A stretch of 34,626 nucleotides of DNA from a virus (taxonomy: Duplodnaviria; Caudoviricetes), in the IMG/VR virus record IMGVR_UViG_3300032254_000023, positions 1 to 34,626 of that record; one strand, 5' to 3'. The notes under the pieces are model-generated. The model was not told where the DNA came from and did not search any database. It saw only the letters and a program-made list of their open reading frames with translations. The position numbers were made by a program, and so were the translations under genes. Positions 25,286 to 34,139 of this stretch are shown here, piece after piece. Positions within the stretch are counted from its first letter, which is position 1, and each line of letters opens with the position of its first letter.

Positions 25286-26071
25286 ATGAGTCTAATGCAA
25301 CAAATCTCAAAACCGGATGATGGGCCGGTAATCGCAACCATCACAGGTGATAGCGGTATGGGTAAAACCTCGCTTGCAGCCACATTCCCAAAGCCAATCT
25401 TTATCCGCGCCGAAGATGGTTTGCAGGCTATTCCAAAAGCGGAACGGCCTGATGCGTTTCCTGTGATCCATACTGTGGATGACCTTTGGGGGCAAATAAC
25501 GGCGCTATTAAAAGAGGAGCATGACTACAAAACTGCCGTGTTTGACAGCGTGACCGCGCTTGAACGGCTGTTTATTCAGCATGTGATCGACAGTGACCAA
25601 AAGAACCCAAAAAGCATTAACCAGGCGATGGGCGGTTATGGCGCTGGGCTGGCAGCGGTTGCGACGCTGCACCAAAGGGTGCGCAAAGCCTGCGGCATGT
25701 TGCGCGAGCAACGCGGCATGAATGTTGTGTTTATTGCGCATGCAGATACCGAAACGATGGAACTGCCTGACCAAGACCCCTACACCCGCTATGCGCTGCG
25801 CTTGGGCAAAAAGTCGGTGCCACCTTATCTGGACGATTCCGATCTGGTGGGGTTTTTGAAGCTGGAAACCTTTTTGCGTGGCGGTGATGACGAGCGCAAG
25901 AAAGCCATTAGCGACGGCACGCGACTGCTTGTTTGTTATGTGACCGCCGCGAATGTAAGCAAGAATCGTTTTGGTATTGAAGACGATTTGATTGTTGAAC
26001 AAGGTCAAAACCCGCTCAATGAATTTATCCCGGCGCTTATGCCGACTAAAAAGAAGGAATCAAAGAAATGA
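25286..26071 (+). CDS. AAA-family ATPase (AAA_24/Sak4-like)
   Basis: GDSGMGKTS Walker A; TAVFDSVT; VFIAH; SKNRFG. Confidence 0.88.
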   Translation: MSLMQQISKPDDGPVIATITGDSGMGKTSLAATFPKPIFIRAEDGLQAIPKAERPDAFPVIHTVDDLWGQITALLKEEHDYKTAVFDSVTALERLFIQHVIDSDQKNPKSINQAMGGYGAGLAAVATLHQRVRKACGMLREQRGMNVVFIAHADTETMELPDQDPYTRYALRLGKKSVPPYLDDSDLVGFLKLETFLRGGDDERKKAISDGTRLLVCYVTAANVSKNRFGIEDDLIVEQGQNPLNEFIPALMPTKKKESKK

Positions 26072-26613
26072 GTAACTTTTGGGAATTGGATGACGGTGAA
26101 GACGCCACCGAAACCGGCACAGAATATGAGGTTGGTGGTGGTGACTTTGAGGTCATCCCAAACAATACCGATGTGTTGGCTTGCCCCGACGAAGCCAAAT
26201 GGGATGCTTTCAATGGCGATGATTTCATCTCGGTCCGCTGGACCATTTTGAAGCCTGAAGAATACGCCAATCGGAAAGTGTTTCAAAAACTTTGGGTGAC
26301 AGACGATGACCCCAAGGCGAAAGACCCGGCGAAAAAGCGCGACAAAGCCAAGCGCATGCTGGCGGCAATTGATGCCAATGCAGGCGGCAAACTCGGCAAA
26401 AAAGACGTGTTGCCAACCGATGAAAGCCTGACCGCCGCTTTGGTTAATAAGCCAATGATTATCAAGTTGATGGTTTGGAAAATGAAAGGCGATGACGGGG
26501 AAGAAAAATCCGGAAATTGGGTTTCCGCTGTGTCGCCGAAAAAAGGTGGCAAGGTAAGCAAGCCCAAGCCCGAGCCGAAAAAGCAAGAACTGGATGATGA
26601 AATTCCGTTCTGA
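26068..26613 (+). CDS. ssDNA-binding protein (DUF669-like)
   Basis: YANRKVFQKLWV and GNWVSAV motifs; acidic C-terminal LDDEIPF. Confidence 0.8.
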   Translation: MSNFWELDDGEDATETGTEYEVGGGDFEVIPNNTDVLACPDEAKWDAFNGDDFISVRWTILKPEEYANRKVFQKLWVTDDDPKAKDPAKKRDKAKRMLAAIDANAGGKLGKKDVLPTDESLTAALVNKPMIIKLMVWKMKGDDGEEKSGNWVSAVSPKKGGKVSKPKPEPKKQELDDEIPF

Positions 26614-26669
26614 TCAACAACCAAGCTGGCCTGCCGCCCGTGGGCCAGCACAACTAAGGAGGAAAGAAA

Positions 26670-27359
26670 ATGGATGACAATAACAGCGGCTACCGGAACA
26701 GCGGCGACCGGAACAGCGGCGACCGGAACAGCGGCAACTGGAACAGCGGCAGCGGGAACAGCGGCTACCGGAACAGCGGCTACCGGAACAGCGGCGACCG
26801 GAACAGCGGCAGCGGGAACAGCGGCTACCGGAACAGCGGCCACTTGAACAGCGGCGACTTGAACAGCGGCCACTTCAACAGCGGCCACTTGAACAGCGGC
26901 CACTTCAACAGCGGCCACTTCAACAGCGGCGACTGGAACAGCAGTAACCGGCATACAGGTTGTTTTAACTCCGAAAATGCAAAGAAGGCATATTATTTTA
27001 ATGTCCTATCGAGCGTTGATGAGTGGGAGGCCGCCGAAAAACCAGACTGGCTTTACGAGCCAGCGACAACTAAGTGGGTTGCGGATTCAGAAATGACAGA
27101 TCAGGAGAAGGTGGACAACCCGACATTTCACACGACAGGAGGCTACCTGCGCATTAATGATATTGGTGAGGAATGGCGAAAAGCGTTTGAAGGCGCTAGC
27201 GATGAAGATATCCAAGCTGTGCGTGACCTCCCAAATTTCGACGCGGATGTGTTCAAGGAAATTACAGGATTGGATTTGTCAGAAAACAAGACTGAAAACA
27301 GCGCTGGAAAAATCGTTGAAATCGACGGTGTTAAATATAAATTGCAGGAGATTGAATAA
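26670..27359 (+). CDS. NSGxx pentapeptide-repeat protein
   Basis: AAGGAGG RBS; 17 NSGxx units, then a GCFN...TTGGYL...LPNFDADVFKEITG domain and IVEIDGVKYKL tail. Confidence 0.85.
   Translation: MDDNNSGYRNSGDRNSGDRNSGNWNSGSGNSGYRNSGYRNSGDRNSGSGNSGYRNSGHLNSGDLNSGHFNSGHLNSGHFNSGHFNSGDWNSSNRHTGCFNSENAKKAYYFNVLSSVDEWEAAEKPDWLYEPATTKWVADSEMTDQEKVDNPTFHTTGGYLRINDIGEEWRKAFEGASDEDIQAVRDLPNFDADVFKEITGLDLSENKTENSAGKIVEIDGVKYKLQEIE
26682..26951 (+). repeat. 15-bp tandem repeat, 17 copies plus 1 degenerate
   Basis: AACAGCGGC invariant plus 6 variable nt per unit. Confidence 0.95.
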
Positions 27360-28231
27360 TGCAACAACGCGGCACAGAATGGTTTGCCGCCCGTAAGGGC
27401 AGGTTAACCGCAAGCAGCATTGGTGCTGTTATGGGGCTTGATCCTTATCGCGGGCCGGATGATGTAATTCGCGCAATGGTGCGGGAAGCACACGGCGTCG
27501 AAAGCGAGTTTAAGGGAAACGTGGCCACAGAATACGGCACGTTTCACGAAGCGGGCGCGCTGTTTGACTATGAACTGGAATACGGCAACAAGGTTGACCC
27601 AGGTGAGGGCTTTTACACTTTGGGCGAGCGCCTTGGCGCTTCACCTGATGGGCTTGTTAATGACAGCGGCCTTCTTGAAATCAAATGCCCTTATGGAATG
27701 CGCGACACAACGCCAGCAAAACCTTTCAAAACGCTTGCCGAGCAGCCGCATTACTATGCACAAATGCAAATGCAAATGTTAGTGACGGGCCGAGAGTGGT
27801 GCCATTTTTTTCAATGGTGCCCAACGCATTCCAATCTGGAAACCGTTAATTATAACGAGGAATATGTTGAAGCTGAATTGCTGCCAGCGGTTAATCAGTT
27901 TTTTGTTGAACTTGGCAAGGCGCTTGATGAACCAGCGCCGCACCTTGAGCCATTACGCAAAGAAATCAATACCGGCCATGTTGAAAAACTATTGGCGGAA
28001 TATGATGATCTAACCGAAGCAATGGACCGCGCCAAAGAGCGCAAAGCTGACGTGCTTAATGAATTGGTGCGGATTGCGGATTCTAAAAACGCTTTAATGC
28101 ACGGGCGAAAACTAACATTGGTTGAGCGTGTGGGGTCTGTGTCCTACGCCAAGGCGCTAAAAGCGATAGCGCCGGATGCGGATTTGGAGCCATACAGGGG
28201 AAAACCAAGCAAAAGTTGGAGGTTGTCTTGA
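27359..28231 (+). CDS. YqaJ/lambda-exonuclease-family nuclease
   Basis: QRGTEWFAARKGRLTAS, GASPDGLV, LEIKCP and YYAQMQMQM motifs. Confidence 0.92.
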   Translation: MQQRGTEWFAARKGRLTASSIGAVMGLDPYRGPDDVIRAMVREAHGVESEFKGNVATEYGTFHEAGALFDYELEYGNKVDPGEGFYTLGERLGASPDGLVNDSGLLEIKCPYGMRDTTPAKPFKTLAEQPHYYAQMQMQMLVTGREWCHFFQWCPTHSNLETVNYNEEYVEAELLPAVNQFFVELGKALDEPAPHLEPLRKEINTGHVEKLLAEYDDLTEAMDRAKERKADVLNELVRIADSKNALMHGRKLTLVERVGSVSYAKALKAIAPDADLEPYRGKPSKSWRLS

Positions 28232-30012
28232 CCCTGCGCCCTTACCAACAAGAAGCCCACAATGCGGTCATGGATTGGGTTGTGCAGTCCGTTGACCCTT
28301 GTTTGATTGACGCGGCAACAGGTTCTGGCAAATCGCACGTCATCGCGGCGCTGGCAGAAACCATTTACAACAAAACAGGCAAGCGGGTGTTGTGTCTTGC
28401 ACCAAGCAAAGAACTTGTTGAGCAAAATAGAGAAAAATATCTTGCGACAGGCAACCCCGCCAGCATGTTTTCCGCAAGCGCCGGGCAAAAATGCCTGCGC
28501 CACCCTGTTGTGTTCGGAACACCCGGCACGGTTAAAAACCGCGTGTCGCGTTTCGGCGCAGAATTTGCTATGATTGTTGTGGATGAAGCGCACGGTATTA
28601 CGCCCACTATTAAAGCCATTATTGAGCGTGTGCGGGAGAAAAACCAGAATCTTCGGGTGGTTGGCTTGACTGCCACGCCATACCGGCTTGGGACAGGCTA
28701 TATTTTTGCAATGGATAATAAAGGAAAGCCTGTCAATGAGGCGCATAATCCATATTTTACTGCTTGCGTTTTTAAGGTCCATGCGCGTGAATTAATCGCG
28801 CAAGGCTACCTTACCCCGCCGCTGATTGGCCCAATCGGGGCTGGCAGTTATGCCACCAAGCACATGCAAACTAACTCAATGGGGAAATTCGCCAAGGCAG
28901 ATGTTGACCGCGCTTATCATGGCCACGGCCGTAAAACCGCCGCTATTATTGCCGATGTTGTGGCGCAATCGCAAAGCCGAAACGGGGTTATGATTTTCGC
29001 GGCAACAGTGCAACATGCCGAGGAATGTATGGCCAGCCTTCCGCCTGAACTAAGCGCGATTGTAACGGCCAAAACACCAACGCAAGAACGCGCGCGAATC
29101 TTGAATGCCTTTAAAGCCAAGCGCATAAAATACATTGTGAACGTGGCTGTGCTAACCACTGGGTTTGACGCCAGTCATGTTGACGTGATTGCCATGTTGC
29201 GGGCCACCGAGTCAGTTGGACTGCTCCAGCAAATTGTCGGGCGTGGGCTGCGCATCGAGGCATGTAAGGATAATTGCTTGATTCTTGACTATGCCGAAAA
29301 CCTTGACCGCCATTGCCCGGATGGTGATATATTTGCGCCCGAAATAAAAGTGACCGTAAGCAACAAGGAAAAAGTGCCGGTCAAATGCGTCTGCCCGCTT
29401 TGCCATAGCGAACAGGAGTTTTCCGGCAGGCCAAATGATGATGGTTTCGACTATAGTGACGACGGCTATTTTCTTGACCTCGACGGGAATGTAATTGAGG
29501 GTGATTATGGTCCTATCCCAAGCCATTTTGGGCGGCGCTGCATGGCGCTGCACCTTGACCGCGCAACCGGCAAGCACGAGCGCTGTAGCTATCGCTGGAA
29601 TGGAAAAGAATGCCCGCACTGCATGGCAGACAATGACATTGCGGCGCGGTATTGCTGCGAGTGTAAGGGCGAGATCGTAAATCCAAATGAAAAGCTACGG
29701 ATTGATTTTAAGCGCATGAAGCGCGATCCGACACAACGCCAAACCGATGAAGTGTTATCGCTGGACGTGCGTGAAGGTGTTAGCCAGATGGGAAACCCGA
29801 CGATTCGTGCGGATTGGGTGACTGAATACCGTAGCTTTTCAACATGGTTTCAAAAAGACCCTAAAAGCCAGCGCGGGCTTGTTGAGCGCGACAGGTTTTT
29901 AGCCGCCACAAAAAACGGCCAGCCCAGCACCATAACCTACGAAAAAGACGCCGCGAGCGGTTTTTACCGCTTGCATGGATATAACAAACCAAAAGACGAG
30001 GCGCCAGTATGA
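28228..30012 (+). CDS. SF2 DEAD/DEAH helicase (RadD/YejH-like) with Zn fingers
   Basis: LRPYQ, ATGSGKS, DEAH, GLTATPYR, LTTGFD, QIVGRGLR and CPHC...CCEC motifs. Confidence 0.93.
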   Translation: MTLRPYQQEAHNAVMDWVVQSVDPCLIDAATGSGKSHVIAALAETIYNKTGKRVLCLAPSKELVEQNREKYLATGNPASMFSASAGQKCLRHPVVFGTPGTVKNRVSRFGAEFAMIVVDEAHGITPTIKAIIERVREKNQNLRVVGLTATPYRLGTGYIFAMDNKGKPVNEAHNPYFTACVFKVHARELIAQGYLTPPLIGPIGAGSYATKHMQTNSMGKFAKADVDRAYHGHGRKTAAIIADVVAQSQSRNGVMIFAATVQHAEECMASLPPELSAIVTAKTPTQERARILNAFKAKRIKYIVNVAVLTTGFDASHVDVIAMLRATESVGLLQQIVGRGLRIEACKDNCLILDYAENLDRHCPDGDIFAPEIKVTVSNKEKVPVKCVCPLCHSEQEFSGRPNDDGFDYSDDGYFLDLDGNVIEGDYGPIPSHFGRRCMALHLDRATGKHERCSYRWNGKECPHCMADNDIAARYCCECKGEIVNPNEKLRIDFKRMKRDPTQRQTDEVLSLDVREGVSQMGNPTIRADWVTEYRSFSTWFQKDPKSQRGLVERDRFLAATKNGQPSTITYEKDAASGFYRLHGYNKPKDEAPV

Positions 30013-30731
30013 CCTACGAGGATACATATGCCAAGGCCATGCGCAACCACGCCGCAAGTGTAAAGCGCCGCATGGTTAACGGGGTGCAGATTGGAATACC
30101 GAAAAAACCAAAGCGCCCGAAGTGCAAGGCGGTTGAGATATTCGAGCAAATTAAAGCTAAGCCTTCAACTGTGAGGTCAGCAGCAGACGCCCTTAACGCA
30201 AATATTGCTTTTGTATCAAACAAGGTCAACACAATGTTTGACAACGGAATTCTCGGGCGCGAAAGGAAAGCAGGCGTTTTTCATTACTATGCCAATGACA
30301 GCCAATATTTGGAGGGGCAAAGGGCGAGATTCAATATTCGTGATTTGCTGCACGCCCAAAACGGCGAGTCCAATGTTCCGGCAATTGCGGCTTTGGCTGG
30401 CATTTCTGAAATAACAGTGAAAGAATACATCCATAAGCTTAATAAGGAAGGCGAGATAGTCCTGACCATACAGCATGGCAAAAAGAGGATATTCAAAGAT
30501 GATCTGTTTTCTTATGAAATAACGTGGAAAACCAAGCCGCAAAATATTTCTAAAGCAATTCTTGTGGAGGTGCGCAACGCTGGCAGCATTACCACAACGG
30601 AACTGGCAAAGCGGTTGAATATTGCATGGTCAACAGCAAAAAAAGAGGTTCAGAAGATGTTTAACCAAGGCGACGTTAAGCGCAAAAGAAACTACCGGGA
30701 ATATATTTATTATGTGGAGGGTGAGGAATGA
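30009..30731 (+). CDS. Protein with three tandem winged-helix domains
   Basis: TVRSAADALN..MFDNG; NVPAIAALAGISEITVKEYIHKLNKEG; TTTELAKRLNIAWSTAKKEVQKMFNQG. Confidence 0.75.
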   Translation: MTYEDTYAKAMRNHAASVKRRMVNGVQIGIPKKPKRPKCKAVEIFEQIKAKPSTVRSAADALNANIAFVSNKVNTMFDNGILGRERKAGVFHYYANDSQYLEGQRARFNIRDLLHAQNGESNVPAIAALAGISEITVKEYIHKLNKEGEIVLTIQHGKKRIFKDDLFSYEITWKTKPQNISKAILVEVRNAGSITTTELAKRLNIAWSTAKKEVQKMFNQGDVKRKRNYREYIYYVEGEE

Positions 30732-31414
30732 CCGCGATCAAAAAAGAGGTTGTGATAGGTGATTGCCGTTTGATTTTGGGCGATGCTCGAGAGGTTGTTC
30801 CAATTCTTAAATATGACAGCATCGTTAGCGATCCGCCTTACGGAATGTCTTTTGTTAGCAACTACCGAATCGACAAACACAAAGCGATTGCAAACGATGA
30901 AGGAGTTGAACACCTGCAGTATGCTTGCAATTTACCCGCCACACATTCCAAATATATCTGGATGAGGTGGGATAATTTGTGGGATGTTCCTCTCCCTAAG
31001 AGCCTAGTGACGTGGCTAAAAAACAATCACTCAATGGGCGATCTTGAGCATGAACATGGACGCAAGACGGAGGTCTGCGCGTTTTACAATGGGCCAGAGC
31101 ACTACTTTCCAAGCGGCAGGCCAGTTGACGTGGTTTACGGCACGAGAACAGGCAACGCGCTACATCCAACCCAAAAGCCCGTTGACCTAATTCGAAATGT
31201 GGTTGAATGGACCGCAGGAACAGTTCTTGATATGTATATGGGGTCAGGAACAACTGGCGTTGCCTGCGCTAAACTAGGTCGCAAATTTATCGGCATTGAG
31301 ATTGACGAAGAATACTTTGAGATATCCTGCAAGCGTGTGCGTGATACCTATGCTCAGCCGGACCTATTCGTTGAGCAGCCTAAAGCACCAACACAGGAAG
31401 GATTCGACCTGTGA
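30728..31414 (+). CDS. DNA amino-methyltransferase (N6-A/N4-C, beta class)
   Basis: SDPPYG, then HPTQKP, then DMYMGSGTTG..GRKFIGIE. Confidence 0.92.
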   Translation: MTAIKKEVVIGDCRLILGDAREVVPILKYDSIVSDPPYGMSFVSNYRIDKHKAIANDEGVEHLQYACNLPATHSKYIWMRWDNLWDVPLPKSLVTWLKNNHSMGDLEHEHGRKTEVCAFYNGPEHYFPSGRPVDVVYGTRTGNALHPTQKPVDLIRNVVEWTAGTVLDMYMGSGTTGVACAKLGRKFIGIEIDEEYFEISCKRVRDTYAQPDLFVEQPKAPTQEGFDL

Positions 31415-31818
31415 AACCACACCCGCAAATCCCCGCCTTTGGCAACCTTGATTTTCGCGGTTACTGCCCGACCGAGCAAGTAGAACAGGTAACGTTTTTT
31501 AATCGTCTGCGCGCGCAACACCCGAAAACATACGGGCTGATTGCCATACACCCGCGCAACGAGGGCAAGCGCACACACGGGCAAGTAAGGTGGCAGAAAG
31601 CCGAAGGCATGGTTAAGGGGGCTAGCGACATAAACATACCCGGCGCGCCCACGTTTGTTTGTGAGCTTAAGCGCAAAGACCGCACCAAAAGCACATGGCA
31701 AAAAGGCCAGCTGGAATACCTGCTAGCAGCACAAGAGGCAGGCGCGTTTGCTTGCTTGGCGTTTGGCGCAGATGCAGCTTGGGAGGCTTTTGAGGAATGG
31801 CTAAGCCTTCACAAATAA
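31411..31818 (+). CDS. VRR-NUC domain nuclease
   Basis: HPRNEG, KAEGMVKGASD, CELKR and Q.EYL motifs. Confidence 0.85.
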   Translation: MKPHPQIPAFGNLDFRGYCPTEQVEQVTFFNRLRAQHPKTYGLIAIHPRNEGKRTHGQVRWQKAEGMVKGASDINIPGAPTFVCELKRKDRTKSTWQKGQLEYLLAAQEAGAFACLAFGADAAWEAFEEWLSLHK

Positions 31819-32024
31819 TGCAGTCCATTATGCGCGGGGAATCCGATCTGGAAAGAGCGGCCCCAGCCATACAATCAGCCTGCCGGTTGCCTATCTACAA
31901 TGCGGCGCTAAACATTCTGAAAATGCCAAAGGGCGACCGTCGAGCCGCCCTTGATAAATTGCCCGACCTGATCCGGCCTTACATTGAAGCCGAGGTTATT
32001 CGGGTTTTTAGGATGCCCATTTGA
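31818..32024 (+). CDS. Hypothetical protein
   Basis: TAATG-coupled to VRR-NUC; helical, 68 aa. Confidence 0.65.
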   Translation: MQSIMRGESDLERAAPAIQSACRLPIYNAALNILKMPKGDRRAALDKLPDLIRPYIEAEVIRVFRMPI

Positions 32025-32502
32025 TCACCTCCGCAACCTCGTGATGAATGCCCATTTCGCCAGCCGCTGCAAGAATGCGCGCCTTGCCAGCAATCCAATC
32101 ATCGCGCTGTATTAAATCCTTGCGATGCAGTTGAGCGAATAACAGGGCATCAAGTTTGTCCATCAGGTCCAATCGTATATTCCACGGCATTGGCAAGGGC
32201 GGCAATTCACAACCAAGCTCTTTTGCAGCCTTGGATTCCGCAATATCGAGCGCCGCCTTTAGTTCCGGGTTGCTGCGCTTAGCTGGTCCAGACACATCAC
32301 CGACCAGATATTCAGGCAGGTCATGCTCTATGGCAGCCACGTAAACGCCATAAGGCACGTCAGGCCAAAACTCACGCAACAGGATAGCCACGCGGCCACT
32401 ATGGCCATTGAGCGGGTCATGGTATGGGTTCAAGCGCGGGTTTTGATGCCAGCGAGCAGTAAAGCAGGCCAGCCACTTGTTGGCAATTTGCTCGGGGTTC
32501 AT
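32008..32502 (-). CDS. HD-domain phosphohydrolase (YfbR/DatZ-like)
   Basis: RWH, GHSGRV, HDLPEYLVGDVSGPAK and DKLD motifs; ATG 32502 overlaps the upstream stop (ATGA). Confidence 0.82.
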   Translation of the reverse strand: MNPEQIANKWLACFTARWHQNPRLNPYHDPLNGHSGRVAILLREFWPDVPYGVYVAAIEHDLPEYLVGDVSGPAKRSNPELKAALDIAESKAAKELGCELPPLPMPWNIRLDLMDKLDALLFAQLHRKDLIQRDDWIAGKARILAAAGEMGIHHEVAEVIKWAS

Positions 32503-32684
32503 TCCCCGCTCCATTCTACGCGCAATATTGTCGCGATTGCAAACATGGTTGATTTGCGCGGCTTGTGCGCCTGGTCTTTTAGCTGGCGAATCGTAATTGG
32601 TGCCAAGCCCGTTTTTTCGCAAATGCTGTTGATTTTGTAATCCTCCAACAGCTTTACGATCTCTGCGCGTGATTTTTTTTCCAT
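32499..32684 (-). CDS. Cro/XRE-like HTH protein
   Basis: ICEKTGLAPITIRQL...PRKSTMFAIA; AAGGA RBS. Confidence 0.75.
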   Translation of the reverse strand: MEKKSRAEIVKLLEDYKINSICEKTGLAPITIRQLKDQAHKPRKSTMFAIATILRVEWSGE

Positions 32685-32707
32685 AGTTTATTTCCTTCTA
32701 TTAGTAA

Positions 32708-32809
32708 TTAGTATAATTGACAAACGCTCATTGAAGTTATGAATATTAAAACGGTAAAAACCGTAACAACCCCAATCAGCGCGAATAATGCAATTAAAGC
32801 ACTGTGCAT
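32708..32809 (-). CDS. 33-aa hydrophobic peptide (not in ORF track)
   Basis: MHSALIALFALIGVVTVFTVLIFITSMSVCQLY; TAATG-coupled to the upstream gene; GGAGG within the upstream 3' end. Confidence 0.5.
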   Translation of the reverse strand: MHSALIALFALIGVVTVFTVLIFITSMSVCQLY

Positions 32810-33582
32810 TAGCTGGCCTCCATATCTTGCTCTGCAATTTGACACCAGATGCCGCACTGGTACTCTGTTTCTGTTGGGTAGTTTCCCAAGTCTGGCGGCA
32901 ACTCATCCAAAAAAATACGCTCCAGCTTGCGCTCACCATCCTCAACCCATTCACGCTTGCAAATTTGGCGGCCAAGGTTTCGTTCAATTCCTGCCATTTC
33001 CGCAAACACTTCTGGAAAATCCACTCTTATCTTGTTCCAGTAACCCGCGCCTCCCTTAACACAGCCAATGCAGTTATTGTTATGATAGCCTAGTTTATAC
33101 ATCGCAGGCATTTCTATGCCCGTGCGCTCAAAAACAGCCATAACATCCTCGCGACCAAGGTCACGATCAATCAGGATATTCCAAAGGTTTAACAATGGCT
33201 CGGAAGCGTTCAGACGATCAACGCGCTCTTTCTCCTCCCGTGTGTAGCCCATAACAATCCTATCTGTAGGTTTACCAACTTCCCACCGCATTGCTTTTTT
33301 AAGTTCGCTAGTGCACCGCGCCCCCCTTGGCCCAACTAAAAAGCGGGTCTTGCGGAATACTTTTCGACATGATCTATTGTATTTGTCATTACCGATCGTA
33401 ATTATCGGGTGCTGAAACCATTCCTCACAATCACGCAAAAAACGCGCATTGTCTGGATGCTCCTCCTTTATTTCAAAGTTGTAAATGAAGAAATTATCCT
33501 TATCAACTTCATTGGATGATAGCGCTAATTTTGTGGCCACTGCTGACGGGATACCCCCAGAAAAATAAGAAACTGTTCTCAT
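32809..33582 (-). CDS. PAPS-reductase-like PP-loop (adenine nucleotide alpha hydrolase) protein
   Basis: FSGGIPSAVA PP-loop; HPDNARF; CTSELKK; NNNCIGCVK; C-terminal CGIWC. Confidence 0.82.
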   Translation of the reverse strand: MRTVSYFSGGIPSAVATKLALSSNEVDKDNFFIYNFEIKEEHPDNARFLRDCEEWFQHPIITIGNDKYNRSCRKVFRKTRFLVGPRGARCTSELKKAMRWEVGKPTDRIVMGYTREEKERVDRLNASEPLLNLWNILIDRDLGREDVMAVFERTGIEMPAMYKLGYHNNNCIGCVKGGAGYWNKIRVDFPEVFAEMAGIERNLGRQICKREWVEDGERKLERIFLDELPPDLGNYPTETEYQCGIWCQIAEQDMEAS

Positions 33583-33603
33583 GTTTATTCCTTTCGTTAC
33601 CTA

Positions 33604-33672
33604 CACATAATACACATAAAAAGCCGTGTCAATGTAATTAACGCTTGCAAAGCCGCTTTCTGTCGCTATATT
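33604..33672. promoter_or_regulatory. Divergent promoter region
   Basis: Plus strand TTGCAA-N16-TATATT (33645-33672); minus strand TTGACA at 33632-33627. Confidence 0.55.
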
Positions 33673-33697
33673 GGGAATAGGAAAAGGAGAAAAACCA

Positions 33698-33988
33698 ATG
33701 ATTGACCAAGTTAAAAACCTAAACGCCCTGATAGACACGGCCAAGCCGTTCTTAGCGGCACTGCCAGGCAATCACCCGCTGGCGCGTATGGTGATTGCGT
33801 TTGTGGATGCCGAGCGGGTTCTTGATGGAAATCTTACCCATGGTGATGCGCCGTTTTTTGATACAGCCGCAAGCGTTGCAATCACGCATTGCGATGCAAT
33901 GGCTAAGTATTATGCCGATCTGTCAGACCTCTGTGACGCGCTGCCTGCTGGCAGTGTTGATTCGTGGGATGGTTGCAGCAATGAATAG
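33698..33988 (+). CDS. Hypothetical early protein
   Basis: AAAGGAG RBS before ATG 33698. Confidence 0.7.
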   Translation: MIDQVKNLNALIDTAKPFLAALPGNHPLARMVIAFVDAERVLDGNLTHGDAPFFDTAASVAITHCDAMAKYYADLSDLCDALPAGSVDSWDGCSNE

Positions 33989-34130
33989 CCCCCAATGGAA
34001 GGCATGGACCCGAGAGCGCCAGCAGAAACGAATAGCGCGTCGGGCGTTTGCCGTAACGGTTGCTATTATGGCAAGTGTGATATTGCTGACAATTTGGGCA
34101 GTGCTAAAACTGGCACAGGGGATTTTATAG
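33981..34130 (+). CDS. Small single-TM protein, 49 aa
   Basis: MNSPQWKAW...basic stretch...AFAVTVAIMASVILLTIWAVL. Confidence 0.6.
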   Translation: MNSPQWKAWTRERQQKRIARRAFAVTVAIMASVILLTIWAVLKLAQGIL

Positions 34131-34139
34131 GAGTTTAGA

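Noticed and set aside
26682-26951. CRISPR array or DGR variable region
   Set aside because: Units are 15 bp, in frame and lack unique spacers; there is no cas or reverse transcriptase gene and no separate template repeat; the adenines in the AAC codon are invariant
26283-26954. 223-aa minus-strand PVAAV-repeat ORF
   Set aside because: Antisense shadow of the NSG repeat gene and SSB; the plus strand has the RBS and recognisable domains
32008-32502. Z-genome (2-aminoadenine) system suggested by the DatZ-like HD protein
   Set aside because: No PurZ, MazZ or DpoZ-like gene is visible in the genome
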